A DNA stretch of 64,000 bases from an uncultured bacterium (GTDB lineage: Bacteria > Actinomycetota > Acidimicrobiia > Spongiisociales > UBA5794), in contig CAWDDT010000006.1 in the NCBI GenBank assembly GCA_963801165.1, positions 544,001 to 608,000 of the forward strand, in the 5' to 3' direction. Positions 49,474 through 58,125 of the stretch are shown here, piece after piece. Under the pieces are notes generated by a model. It worked only from the letters and a program-made list of their open reading frames with translations. It had not been told where the DNA came from and did not search any database. Positions within the stretch are counted from its first letter, which is position 1; every line of letters starts with the position of its first letter. The position numbers and the translations under genes were made by a program.

Positions 49474-50041
49474 TCTGTGCAAGGAATTCCAACCTACTCC
49501 GGAGCTCGGGCGCGTCCAGCGCGCCGTACCAGCTGTCGACGACGACACCATCCTTGATCAGAACGGTGGCTGGCTGGCCCGGGATGCCGTAGAGCTGCCA
49601 GATCGAGTCGTCGAGACCCCAACGCAGGTTGTCCGAGAACAGGTGCGCCGCCTCGTCAGCCGTCGACTGATAGTCGGAACGACCGGCCACGGCGAGGAAG
49701 GTGATGCTGTCCTGGTAATCCGACGCAACTGCGTCGACGACGGGAAGTTCCGCCTGACAGACCGGTCACCACTCCGCCCAGAACACCATGTAGATGGGTT
49801 TCTGGGCTTCCGAGAGGACGAAGGTCGACCCATCGCTGAGCTCCAGCTCGAAGTCCGGGGCAGCCGGCCCGTCGGGTGCCTTGGTCGTGGCCGCGGTCGT
49901 CTCCGGAACTGCCGTGGTGGTCGTTTGGGCGCCAACAACTGTTGTGGTTGCCGCACCGTCTGCGGACAGGGTCGCATTCTCGGCACCGCCACAGGCGCCA
50001 AGCAACAGCACGAGGACACAGGCCAACAGGATCTTCCGCAT
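49469..50041 (-). CDS. Selenocysteine-containing TlpA/ResA-like redoxin lipoprotein (190 aa; Sec at codon 92)
   Basis: LGAC lipobox; APDFEL...MVFWAEW-TGA-PVCQAELP continues in frame to YGIPGQPATVLI..G; TGA (49768-49766) occupies the first Cys position of CxxC. Confidence 0.88.
49721..49736 (-). promoter_or_regulatory. Candidate bacterial SECIS hairpin
   Basis: CGACGC-AGTT-GCGTCG on the minus strand; stem begins 30 nt after the UGA; G at loop position 2. Confidence 0.5.
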
Positions 50042-50117
50042 CCCCCGACAGTAAACGCGCCGCCCCGTCGCCGGGATCGTTCCCGCCGGTGTTCACGGGA
50101 CTTTCACAATCGAGCCG

Positions 50118-51833
50118 CTAGTCGCCCGCGGCTGCGGCTGCCCTCGCTGCCTCTTCCTGCATCAGCTCCCGGCGAAGCACCTTGCCGACAAAAGTCTTCG
50201 GCAGATCGTTGCGGAATTCGATGCTGCGGGGAACCTTGAACCGGGCCAGCCGCTCCCGGCAGAACTCGATCAGCTCGGTCTCGGTGAGGGTCTGCCCCTC
50301 ATCGAGCACCACGAACGCCTTCACCCGCTGATCTGTGCCACCGACCGGCACACCGATGACCCCGGCGTCGACCACTGCAGGGTGCTCGAAGAGCGCGTCC
50401 TCGACCTCGCGGGGGTAGACGTTGAACCCGCCCGACGCCAGGATCATGTCCTTTTTGCGGTCGACTACCGCAAACCGGCCGTCCTCGTCCATGACGGCGA
50501 TATCTCCGGTATGCAGCCAGACGGTACCGTCATCGGCAGTGCGAAGAACGTCCTCGTTCGCCTCGGGCATATTCCAGTAGCCCTGCATGACCTGGGGGCC
50601 GCTGACACACAAAACCCCCCGCTCTCCCACGCCCATCACCTTGGTCTCGGTGTCCTCATCGACAATACGGCAATCGGTACTCGGCATAGGAAAACCAATG
50701 GTCCCGGTGCGGGCGGTGCCGTCGAGCGGCCCGGCATGAGTCACCGGGGAGGCCTCGCTGAGACCGTACCCCTCCACGAGAACCCCACCGGTTGCGGTCT
50801 CGAAGCCTCGTTTCACCTCGGGTGGCAACGCAGCCGCACCAGATATGCACCAGTTGATCGACGAAACGTCGTACTTGCCACTCTTGACGTGACGATGCCG
50901 GGTGATCGCCGCATAAAGGGTGGGGACGCCGGGAAAGTAGGTGGGGCGATGAGCGTCGATGACCTTGAGCAAGCCGCCGAGATCACGGGCGTCGGGGATC
51001 AGCACCTGCTTGTGCCCGGCCGAGATCGAATGGTTCATCGACACGGTGACCGAGTAGCTGTGCGTGAGCGGCAACGCAGTCAGCATCACCTCCCGCCCCG
51101 GAACCGCTTCAGGGCTCCACGCACGCACCTGGTGGGCATTCGCCATCAGATTGGCGTGCGAGAGTATCGCCCCCTTGGGCACCCCGGTCGTTCCCCCGGT
51201 GTACATCAGCATCGCAACGTCGTCGCCGGTCACCGGCACGGGTGTGGGCGCCTCATCGCTGAGAACCGACGACCACTCATACGTGTTCTCGTCGTCGCCG
51301 ACATCGACCCGGTGCCCGTCTTTCTTCTCCCGGAGCAGAGTGAACAGCAGTTTGAGCGAGCCCTTGAAGTACTCCTTGATGTTGGTCACGATGACGTGCT
51401 CTAGAGGAGTCTGGTCGCGTACCGACCGCACCTTTTCGTAGTTCATGGACACCACGATGGCGAAGCGGCTCGCCGCGTCCCTCGCCTGATGGGCGAACTC
51501 GGCAGCGGTGTACAGCGGGTTGGAGGGAACGGCGATGGCGCCGCATCTCCAGACTGCCTCGTAGGCGATCACCAGCTGCGGGCAGTTGGGCATGTACAGG
51601 GATACCCGGTCGCCCTTCTCCAGCCCGAGACGTTGTAGACCGGCAGCAAGCCGATCTACCAGGTCGTCAAGCTCGCGATAGGTGAGGCCGTGGTCGAAAA
51701 AGACGAGAGCCTCGTTGTCGGGGTATGTTCGGGCCGACGTGCGCAGCAGGCCGTCGAGCGGGCCATCTGGCCAAGTCACCCTGGCAGGGACACCGGTCTG
51801 GTAGAGCCGGTGCCAGGGCCGGGTATCAGCCAT
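50118..51833 (-). CDS. Long-chain fatty acid-CoA ligase
   Basis: YTGGTTGVPKG, EGYGLSEASP, LHTGD, DRKKDMI, NVYPREVE, LPKT.VGK. Confidence 0.93.
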   Translation of the reverse strand: MADTRPWHRLYQTGVPARVTWPDGPLDGLLRTSARTYPDNEALVFFDHGLTYRELDDLVDRLAAGLQRLGLEKGDRVSLYMPNCPQLVIAYEAVWRCGAIAVPSNPLYTAAEFAHQARDAASRFAIVVSMNYEKVRSVRDQTPLEHVIVTNIKEYFKGSLKLLFTLLREKKDGHRVDVGDDENTYEWSSVLSDEAPTPVPVTGDDVAMLMYTGGTTGVPKGAILSHANLMANAHQVRAWSPEAVPGREVMLTALPLTHSYSVTVSMNHSISAGHKQVLIPDARDLGGLLKVIDAHRPTYFPGVPTLYAAITRHRHVKSGKYDVSSINWCISGAAALPPEVKRGFETATGGVLVEGYGLSEASPVTHAGPLDGTARTGTIGFPMPSTDCRIVDEDTETKVMGVGERGVLCVSGPQVMQGYWNMPEANEDVLRTADDGTVWLHTGDIAVMDEDGRFAVVDRKKDMILASGGFNVYPREVEDALFEHPAVVDAGVIGVPVGGTDQRVKAFVVLDEGQTLTETELIEFCRERLARFKVPRSIEFRNDLPKTFVGKVLRRELMQEEAARAAAAAGD

Positions 51834-52860
51834 CGCCACCGCTCCGCGCCGAGAAGGCGACCGCCCGGTCGAGCACGTCTTTCGCCTTCCCCGAATCGAT
51901 CGATTCGGCCGCAACCGCCATCGCCGGCAGGAAGCCCTCTGCCAGACCTCCGGCCACGATCGCCGGTGCAGCGTTGACGAGAGCGATATCGCGCTTCGGT
52001 CCCGGCTCACCCGTGAGGATGGCCCTGGTGATGGCAACGTTCTCGGCGGCATCACCACCGCGGAAATCACCCAGGGTCGCCCTGGCCACTCCGAAGTCCT
52101 CAGGCGTGAACTCCGCGTGGGTGATCTCGCCTTCGCGGAGCCTGAATATGAACGAAGGCCCGGTCGTAGTTAGCTCGTCGAGACCGTCCTCTCCGTAGAA
52201 CACAAACGCAGATTCGGCGCCCAGGTTGGCCAGCACCTCGATCATCAATCGGGCCATGCGCGGATCGGAGACCCCGAGCGCATAACGCCGCGCTCCCGCC
52301 GGGTTGCACAGCGGACCGAGAAAGTTGAACACAGTCCGGAAGCCGAGCTGGCGCCGCACCGGACCCGCGTGGCGCATCGCCGGGTGATAGTGAGGCGCAA
52401 AGAAGAACCCGAACCCGACCTCGTCGATCATGGCGACGGTCGCCTCCGGCTCCATCTGGAGGTTGAGCCCGAGCGCTTCCAGTAGATCCGCAGACCCGGT
52501 CTGCGATGACGCCGCACGGTTTCCGTGCTTGGCGATCTTCACACCGGCACCCGCGGCAATGAAAGCCGCCGTGGTCGAGATATTGAAGGTACCCGATCGA
52601 TCTCCGCCCGTTCCCACCAGATCGACGACGGGGGCGGTCACGGAAACGGCCCGGGCAGCCGCTCGCATCGCCTCGACAAAACCGGTCATCTCCTCCGCGG
52701 TTTCGCCCTTGGTTCGGAGGACGGTCAGGAATGCGGCAATCTGCGCCTCGCTGGCTTCCCCGGCCATGATCGTTGCCATCACGTCCCGAGCCCGGGTTTG
52801 CGACAGGTGATTGCCTTCGAGCAGATCGGTGAAGACGTCGGGCCAGATGACACTCGCCAT
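51826..52860 (-). CDS. trpD: Anthranilate phosphoribosyltransferase
   Basis: GTGGD.SGTFNIST, KHGNRAASS..GSAD, YHPAMRH..PVR..LGFRTVFN.LGPL.NP, DGLDE. Confidence 0.95.
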   Translation of the reverse strand: MASVIWPDVFTDLLEGNHLSQTRARDVMATIMAGEASEAQIAAFLTVLRTKGETAEEMTGFVEAMRAAARAVSVTAPVVDLVGTGGDRSGTFNISTTAAFIAAGAGVKIAKHGNRAASSQTGSADLLEALGLNLQMEPEATVAMIDEVGFGFFFAPHYHPAMRHAGPVRRQLGFRTVFNFLGPLCNPAGARRYALGVSDPRMARLMIEVLANLGAESAFVFYGEDGLDELTTTGPSFIFRLREGEITHAEFTPEDFGVARATLGDFRGGDAAENVAITRAILTGEPGPKRDIALVNAAPAIVAGGLAEGFLPAMAVAAESIDSGKAKDVLDRAVAFSARSGGDG

Positions 52861-52941
52861 GGCGGGACCCTAGCAGCACAGATTGTGCCGCGAATTTCCA
52901 ACCTCAACTAGATGAGGCGTCAAAGCAATTGAGGCGCACCC

Positions 52942-53214
52942 TCAGGCGATCATCCGCTGTAGGTTGCGCCGCTCCTTCTCGGTCATGCCGCCCCAGATGC
53001 CAAAGCGAATCCGCGCCTCGAGCGCAAACTCGAGGCAATCGAAGCTCACCGGGCACCCCTCACAGACCCGAATCGCATCTTGCTCGCCTGTGATGGTCAA
53101 GGGAAAGAAGATATCGGGATCTTTGTCCCGGCACACGGCAAATGCTGCCCATGGCCGCTCCTCGGTTATAGGAACGGGCAACGCAGAGTGCATTTGATCA
53201 AGAATATTCTTCAT
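52942..53214 (-). CDS. WhiB-family Fe-S transcription regulator
   Basis: W...A.C...DPDIFFP...C..CPV..DCLEFAL...FGIWGG.TEKER. Confidence 0.92.
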   Translation of the reverse strand: MKNILDQMHSALPVPITEERPWAAFAVCRDKDPDIFFPLTITGEQDAIRVCEGCPVSFDCLEFALEARIRFGIWGGMTEKERRNLQRMIA

Positions 53215-53385
53215 TGGCCACCCCCGTGAGGTGTGGTGCGACGCCGTACCTCGGCCGCGCACCCCTTTAAGACGTCTCCGCCCCCGGTTTGGTTCCCGCC
53301 GCTCGAATCGGCTCCGCACGTAGTGAGGAGCCGGAGCACTACAATCGGGCGTCTACGCAACGACACACACGGGGGAGGCAAGGCC

Positions 53386-53841
53386 CTGCTCTACTTCGCA
53401 TACAACGCTCGGATCTCGCCCACCGAGATGAATGAGGTCGCACCCCACGCCCGGTTCGAGTTCATCGCACATCTCCCCGAATGGGGGCTCGAGTTCCCGA
53501 TAGCGAACGAAACATGGGGCGGTGCTCTTCCTGCCGTGAAGCCAGAGTCCGGATCGACCGTCTGGGGCGCCGTATATGAGATCCCCGCGACGGATCTTGA
53601 CAAACTCAACGCGGTCGAGGCCCGGGAGCAGCGCGCCGCGATGACTGTCGAGGCCATGGACCGTAACGGACGACGCCACCAGGTGGTGGTTCACCTACTC
53701 GACGGCGACGCGTCGGTCAACGGCAACGGTTCCAGCCGCCCATCTGCCGACTACCTACGACTCATGGTCGACGGGTCGCGGCACTGGAGTCTGCCGTTCG
53801 GTTGGATCGCTGGTCTCGAGGAACATCTCGAGAAGTCCTAG
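53386..53841 (+). CDS. Gamma-glutamylcyclotransferase-family protein
   Basis: YFAY, VWGAVYEI...L..L...E, PSADYL motifs; start uncertain (CTG 53386 after GGGGAGG, or GTG 53323). Confidence 0.78.
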   Translation: MLYFAYNARISPTEMNEVAPHARFEFIAHLPEWGLEFPIANETWGGALPAVKPESGSTVWGAVYEIPATDLDKLNAVEAREQRAAMTVEAMDRNGRRHQVVVHLLDGDASVNGNGSSRPSADYLRLMVDGSRHWSLPFGWIAGLEEHLEKS

Positions 53842-54243
53842 GTGTCCCAGCAGGTAAGGCCCGCTGAATCACGCCGCCCGGCCGTTCGCTGGGGAGCGGT
53901 CGCGATCGGTGCGATGGCCGGCCTGGTTCTCTCGCTGCTCACCTTCATATTCCTCGGGGTGACCGGGCTGATTGCGCCCGGCCGCGGCGACGTCTTCCTG
54001 CTGTTCAACCAGTTCCTCTCTCTCGTGGTCGCCGGTTACGTCGGGGGACGGCTATCCGACTCGCCGGAACTACACGGGGGTCTGTCCGCCCTCGTGGGCG
54101 CCCTGATCTCCGGGCTCATCTCACTGAGCAACACTGACGCCGGTTTGCCCGGCATCATCACGCTGACTGTCGTTGCCGCCGTGCTCGGAACCGCCGGCGG
54201 GGTCCTGGCCCGCTGGCACAAACAGGCGATCGAAGACCGCTAG
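53842..54243 (+). CDS. Small four-TM membrane protein
   Basis: Hydrophobic helices, AGYVGGR...HG, LGTAGG. Confidence 0.72.
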   Translation: MSQQVRPAESRRPAVRWGAVAIGAMAGLVLSLLTFIFLGVTGLIAPGRGDVFLLFNQFLSLVVAGYVGGRLSDSPELHGGLSALVGALISGLISLSNTDAGLPGIITLTVVAAVLGTAGGVLARWHKQAIEDR

Positions 54244-54249
54244 CCACGG

Positions 54250-54297
54250 CTTTTGGCGTCGGAAACCGGAATATGTTCCGCTTTCCGACGCAGGAGT
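54250..54297. repeat. REP-like palindromic element, copy 4 (inverted)
   Basis: Reverse complement ACTCCTGCGTCGGAAAGCGGAACATATTCCGGTTTCCGACGCCAAAAG closely matches copies 1-3. Confidence 0.85.
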
Positions 54298-54346
54298 GGA
54301 TACGGCCGGCAATTTTCCCGTCCATATGGGGACTTCTGGCCCTATT

Positions 54347-54403
54347 TGCATCTGCATGAGTGGGCATAGCATGCACAGTGCTCAAAGCTATGCATCATAT
54401 GCA
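54347..54403. promoter_or_regulatory. Phased TGCA/GCAT array (putative operator)
   Basis: GCA at 54354, 54364, 54373, 54392 and 54401 (about 9-10 bp phasing), plus the palindrome TGCAT-cat-ATGCA at 54391-54403. Confidence 0.5.
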
Positions 54404-55178
54404 GGAACGCACAATGGTTCTGCTGACCACCAAACAAGTACAAGAACTCTTCCGCGTAGATAGGTCGACGATCTATCGCATGGCCGAGGACGGACGTCTC
54501 CCGGCCGTGAAGGTCGGCCGCCAATGGCGGTTCCCGTCGGACCATGTCGAGAGTCTTCTTGGCCAGCCGGAGACGCCCAAGACGGCGCCAACCACCGAAT
54601 CGCTCGCCGAGCGTGCCGCAGCCCTCGACCGTGTACTCCCCGCGGACACGGCCCAGGCCGTCGCCGACCTGGCCGCCGACCTGTTCGGGGTAATGGCGGT
54701 CGTCACCGACATGAGCGGCCGGGCACTCACCAACGTCTCCAGCCCGTGCGGATATTTCAGCGCCGTATTCGACGGCTTGTACACCCCCGATCGCTGCTCC
54801 GATGGATGGCGACGGCTCGGCGAGGAGATAGACCTCGAGCCTCGCTTCGTCCCCAGCCATCTCGGATTCTTGTGCGCACGGTCGTTCATCCGCATCGGCG
54901 CTTCACTGGTCGGCATGGTGATCGTCGGTGGCGTCGCCCCGGAGCTCTGGCCACCATCGTCAGCAGAGATGGAGGCGGTGGCCGCCGAGACGGGAGTCCC
55001 GGTTGTGACCATCGAGGCGCACATCAAAGAGGTCTACTGGATCGACAGAGCGCACCAGGACTGGATCGTCACGAACCTATCGCGAGTCAGCGATCTCATC
55101 TCGCTGCTCGCAGACGGTCACGGAAAGCTTGTCAAGAAACTCGAGTCAATCGCCGCTCTCGCCGGAGCGGCGTCATAG
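54399..55178 (+). CDS. Regulator with a Xis/BldC-type (HTH_17) DNA-binding domain and a PocR-type sensor domain
   Basis: LLTTKQVQELFRVDRSTIYRMAEDGRLPAVKVGRQWRF; C-part FGV..VVTD..G..LT..S.PC..F...RC....SHLG....SFI..G..LVG; start may be 54414. Confidence 0.82.
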   Translation: MQERTMVLLTTKQVQELFRVDRSTIYRMAEDGRLPAVKVGRQWRFPSDHVESLLGQPETPKTAPTTESLAERAAALDRVLPADTAQAVADLAADLFGVMAVVTDMSGRALTNVSSPCGYFSAVFDGLYTPDRCSDGWRRLGEEIDLEPRFVPSHLGFLCARSFIRIGASLVGMVIVGGVAPELWPPSSAEMEAVAAETGVPVVTIEAHIKEVYWIDRAHQDWIVTNLSRVSDLISLLADGHGKLVKKLESIAALAGAAS

Positions 55179-55196
55179 GAAGCAAGGAGAACCCAA

Positions 55197-56438
55197 GTGA
55201 AGAGACTGCTAGTGCTGGGAGCAGGAACGGCCGGAACCATGGTCGCCAACAAACTCCGTCCCCATCTCGACGAGCGGGATTGGACGATCACGCTCGTTGA
55301 CCAGAACGAGACTCATTACTACCAACCGGGGTTCCTGTTCCTGCCTTTCGGTGGCTACAAGCGAGAGGAGCTCGAGAAGCCGAAGCGCCGGTTCATCCCG
55401 CAGGGTGTCGAGTTGCTGATGGGCGAGATCGATCTCGTCGAGCCGGAGAAGAATCAGGTCAAGCTGGTCGACGGCACCGAGCTTTCCTATGACTACCTGG
55501 TGATCGCCACCGGCACGCACCCCACCCCGGGGGAGACACCGGGACTGGGTGACGACGAGTGGCGCAAATCGGTATTCGACTTCTACACCATCGACGGGGC
55601 CGAGGCTCTCAAGGCGAAGCTCGACACCTGGGAGGGCGGCAAGCTGGTGCTCAACATCATCGAGATGCCGATCAAGTGCCCGGTCGCCCCGCTCGAGTTC
55701 ATATTCCTGGCCGACTCGTTCTTCCACGAGCGTGGGATGCGCGACCATGTGCAGCTCGAATACGTCACTCCCCTGCCGGGCGCTTTCACCAAGCCGGTGG
55801 CGGCCCGCTACCTCGGCGACATGCTCGAGGACCGCAAGATCAAGCTGGAGTCCGACTTCTTCCTGGAGCGAGTCGACACAGAGAACCATCAGCTCGTTTC
55901 CTACGACGAGCGCACCATCGACTACGACCTCCTGGTGACCATCCCGGTCAACATGGGTGCGGAGTACATCGCCCGTTCCGGTCTCGGTGACGAGCTGCGA
56001 CACGTCCCGGTCGACAAGCACAACTTCCTGTCGACCACGCACGACAACATCTTCGCCCTCGGCGACGCGGCCGCGCTGCCGACATCGAAAGCCGGATCGG
56101 TTGCCCACTTCGCCATCGACATCTTCACCGAGAACTTCCTCGAATACATCGAAGGAAGACCGATGAGAGCGAAGTTCGATGGTCACGCCAACTGCTTCAT
56201 CGAGTCCGGCAACGGCAAGGGCATGCTGATCGACTTCAACTACGACACCGAGCCGCTCCCCGGCAAGTACCCGTTGCCCGGAATCGGCCCCTTCTCGCTC
56301 CTCCAGGAGACCGAGGCGAACCACTGGGGCAAGCTCATGTTCAAGTGGGTGTACTGGAACGTGCTTCTCGAGGGACGGGCCATGCCTATTCCTGCGCTGA
56401 TGTCGATGGCGGGGAAGATCCGTGAGGACATGCGATGA
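55197..56438 (+). CDS. sqr: Sulfide:quinone oxidoreductase (type III-like)
   Basis: VLGAGTAG, HYYQPG, YDYLVIATG, PIKCPVAPLEF, FALGDA...SKAGS.AH, FDGHANCFIE. Confidence 0.87.
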   Translation: MKRLLVLGAGTAGTMVANKLRPHLDERDWTITLVDQNETHYYQPGFLFLPFGGYKREELEKPKRRFIPQGVELLMGEIDLVEPEKNQVKLVDGTELSYDYLVIATGTHPTPGETPGLGDDEWRKSVFDFYTIDGAEALKAKLDTWEGGKLVLNIIEMPIKCPVAPLEFIFLADSFFHERGMRDHVQLEYVTPLPGAFTKPVAARYLGDMLEDRKIKLESDFFLERVDTENHQLVSYDERTIDYDLLVTIPVNMGAEYIARSGLGDELRHVPVDKHNFLSTTHDNIFALGDAAALPTSKAGSVAHFAIDIFTENFLEYIEGRPMRAKFDGHANCFIESGNGKGMLIDFNYDTEPLPGKYPLPGIGPFSLLQETEANHWGKLMFKWVYWNVLLEGRAMPIPALMSMAGKIREDMR

Positions 56439-57169
56439 CGACGCTGTCCCCCACGGCAACCGCTGCGCTCGAGGCCAAGATCGATGCCCTCACCGACCAG
56501 GTCGCTTTCCTGACCCAGGAGGCCGAGCTGGCCAGACGGCGCCGCGAGTTCTGGACCGATCTCCAGAGCGACGTGATGCCGATCGCCGGGGACTTCCTCC
56601 AGGTCCTGGAGCGTGAGCTCGACGAGCTCAGCTGCAACGTGTGCATGGCGGACTTCGGCGATCTGCTACGCAGATTCGTCCGCGTAGCGCCGATCCTCGA
56701 TCAGGGTCTCCGCTATCTCGAGATGTTCGCCGATCTCGCATCCGACATGATGCCGCTCAGCGAGCACGCCTTGAGCGTCGCCACCGATAGGCTCGTCGAA
56801 CTCGACCAGAAGGGCTATTTCGGCTTCGCCAAGAGCTCCTGGCACGTCGTAGACCGGATCGTCACAGGCTTCAGCGAGAACGATGTGGAAGCCCTCGGTG
56901 ACAATGTCGTGCTCATCCTGGACACGATCAAGGAGCTGACCCAGCCCGAGATCATGGCCGCCCTGCACCACATGATCGAGGCCGTGCAGAGGCAGCAGGC
57001 GCAGATGGATCACGAGGCCGAGAGGCCCCCCGGCCTCTTCAAGCTCGCGATGCGGCTGCGCGATCCCGAGGTCCGCCGCGGGATGAACCGGGCGCTCAAC
57101 ACGCTCGGCGCCGTCGCTGAGGTCGACCCCAACCAACCAGTTTCGGATACCAAGACAACCAACCCTTAG
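56435..57169 (+). CDS. DUF1641-like helical protein
   Basis: C-terminal PGLFKLAMRLRDPEVRRGM motif; ATGA-coupled to sqr; contains CNVC. Confidence 0.78.
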   Translation: MTTLSPTATAALEAKIDALTDQVAFLTQEAELARRRREFWTDLQSDVMPIAGDFLQVLERELDELSCNVCMADFGDLLRRFVRVAPILDQGLRYLEMFADLASDMMPLSEHALSVATDRLVELDQKGYFGFAKSSWHVVDRIVTGFSENDVEALGDNVVLILDTIKELTQPEIMAALHHMIEAVQRQQAQMDHEAERPPGLFKLAMRLRDPEVRRGMNRALNTLGAVAEVDPNQPVSDTKTTNP

Positions 57170-57179
57170 GAGGTAGCAA

Positions 57180-57494
57180 ATGCCAGTCATCAAGATCGCC
57201 GGAGCCGACGTCAGCGTCGACGGCGAAGGCTTCATGACCGAATACGACCAGTGGAACGAGGACATCGCCAAGGAGCTGGCCGGCAACATCGGTGTCGAGC
57301 TGACCGACGGCCATTGGCAGGTCATCAAGTTCCTGCGTGAGGACTACAAGGAGCAGGGCGAGACGCCGATGTTGCGGCGGGTCTCCAACGTCGGCGGAGT
57401 TCCCACCAAGCAACTGTTCGAGATGTTCCCCAAGAAACCGGCCAAGAAGATGGCCTACATCGCCGGTGTCCCGAAGCCGCAGGGCTGCGTCTGA
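57180..57494 (+). CDS. tusE: TusE/DsrC-family sulfur relay protein
   Basis: DGEGF...W...IA..LA....LTDGHWQVIKFLR, FP..PAK....IAG.PKP.GCV; only the penultimate Cys is present. Confidence 0.88.
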   Translation: MPVIKIAGADVSVDGEGFMTEYDQWNEDIAKELAGNIGVELTDGHWQVIKFLREDYKEQGETPMLRRVSNVGGVPTKQLFEMFPKKPAKKMAYIAGVPKPQGCV

Positions 57495-57528
57495 CAACCG
57501 ACCGTCCGATCTACAAGGAGTACGAGTC

Positions 57529-58041
57529 ATGACATTTGTTCCCGACTTTGGTGACGATGGTGGCGATCGGAAGATCTGCTTCATCGCATCCAAGGGCACC
57601 CTCGACATGGTGTATCCGTCGCTCGTGATGGCCAACGCCGCTTTGGGCGAGGGCGTCGAGACGCACATCTTCTTCACGTTTTGGGGCCTGGACATCATCA
57701 CCAAGAAGCATATGGACAACCTGCAGTTCACCTGGATGGGCAATACGGCCATGCACCCGACCGGCAAGAAATTCCATATGCCCCAGGGCATGGCCGGGCT
57801 ACCGGGCATGACCGCCATTGCCACCAAGATGATGAAGAAGCAGATTGCCGATCTCGACGTCCCGGACGTCCCCGAGTTCATTCAGATGATCTCCGACGCC
57901 GGAGGTCATCTGTGGGCGTGCAAGATGTCCGTCGACATGATGGGCTTGACCAAGGACGACATGATCCCCGAGGTCGAGGGCGTCATCTCGGCAACCGATT
58001 TCATCGAACTGTCAGACGGCGGCCAGATCATATTCACCTGA
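57529..58041 (+). CDS. DsrE/DsrF/DrsH-like sulfurtransferase (DsrE2 type)
   Basis: IASKGTLD..YP, IFFTFWGL, LWACKMSVDMMG. Confidence 0.87.
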   Translation: MTFVPDFGDDGGDRKICFIASKGTLDMVYPSLVMANAALGEGVETHIFFTFWGLDIITKKHMDNLQFTWMGNTAMHPTGKKFHMPQGMAGLPGMTAIATKMMKKQIADLDVPDVPEFIQMISDAGGHLWACKMSVDMMGLTKDDMIPEVEGVISATDFIELSDGGQIIFT

Positions 58042-58062
58042 GCAACCGGGATCGACCAAACT

Positions 58063-58093
58063 GAACGGGACCCAACCGGGTCCCGTTCTATTT
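58063..58093 (+). terminator. Intrinsic terminator-like hairpin closing the sqr operon
   Basis: GAACGGGACCC-aacc-GGGTCCCGTTC-TATTT. Confidence 0.75.
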
Positions 58094-58125
58094 GCCTTCG
58101 GAATCAAGCGACGATAGGAGCTGCC

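Noticed and set aside
49766-49768. Nonsense mutation (pseudogene) in the redoxin
   Set aside because: The stop is TGA precisely at the catalytic Cys column, the downstream frame is intact and a SECIS-like hairpin follows; Sec is the more economical reading, though the sel genes are not in this window
54399-54560. Excisionase marking a prophage or ICE
   Set aside because: The HTH is fused to a sensor domain and no integrase, att site or phage genes are adjacent
57180-57494. DsrC indicating dissimilatory sulfite reduction or reverse Dsr
   Set aside because: It lacks the second Cys of the C-x10-C motif and no dsrAB/dsrMK genes are in the window
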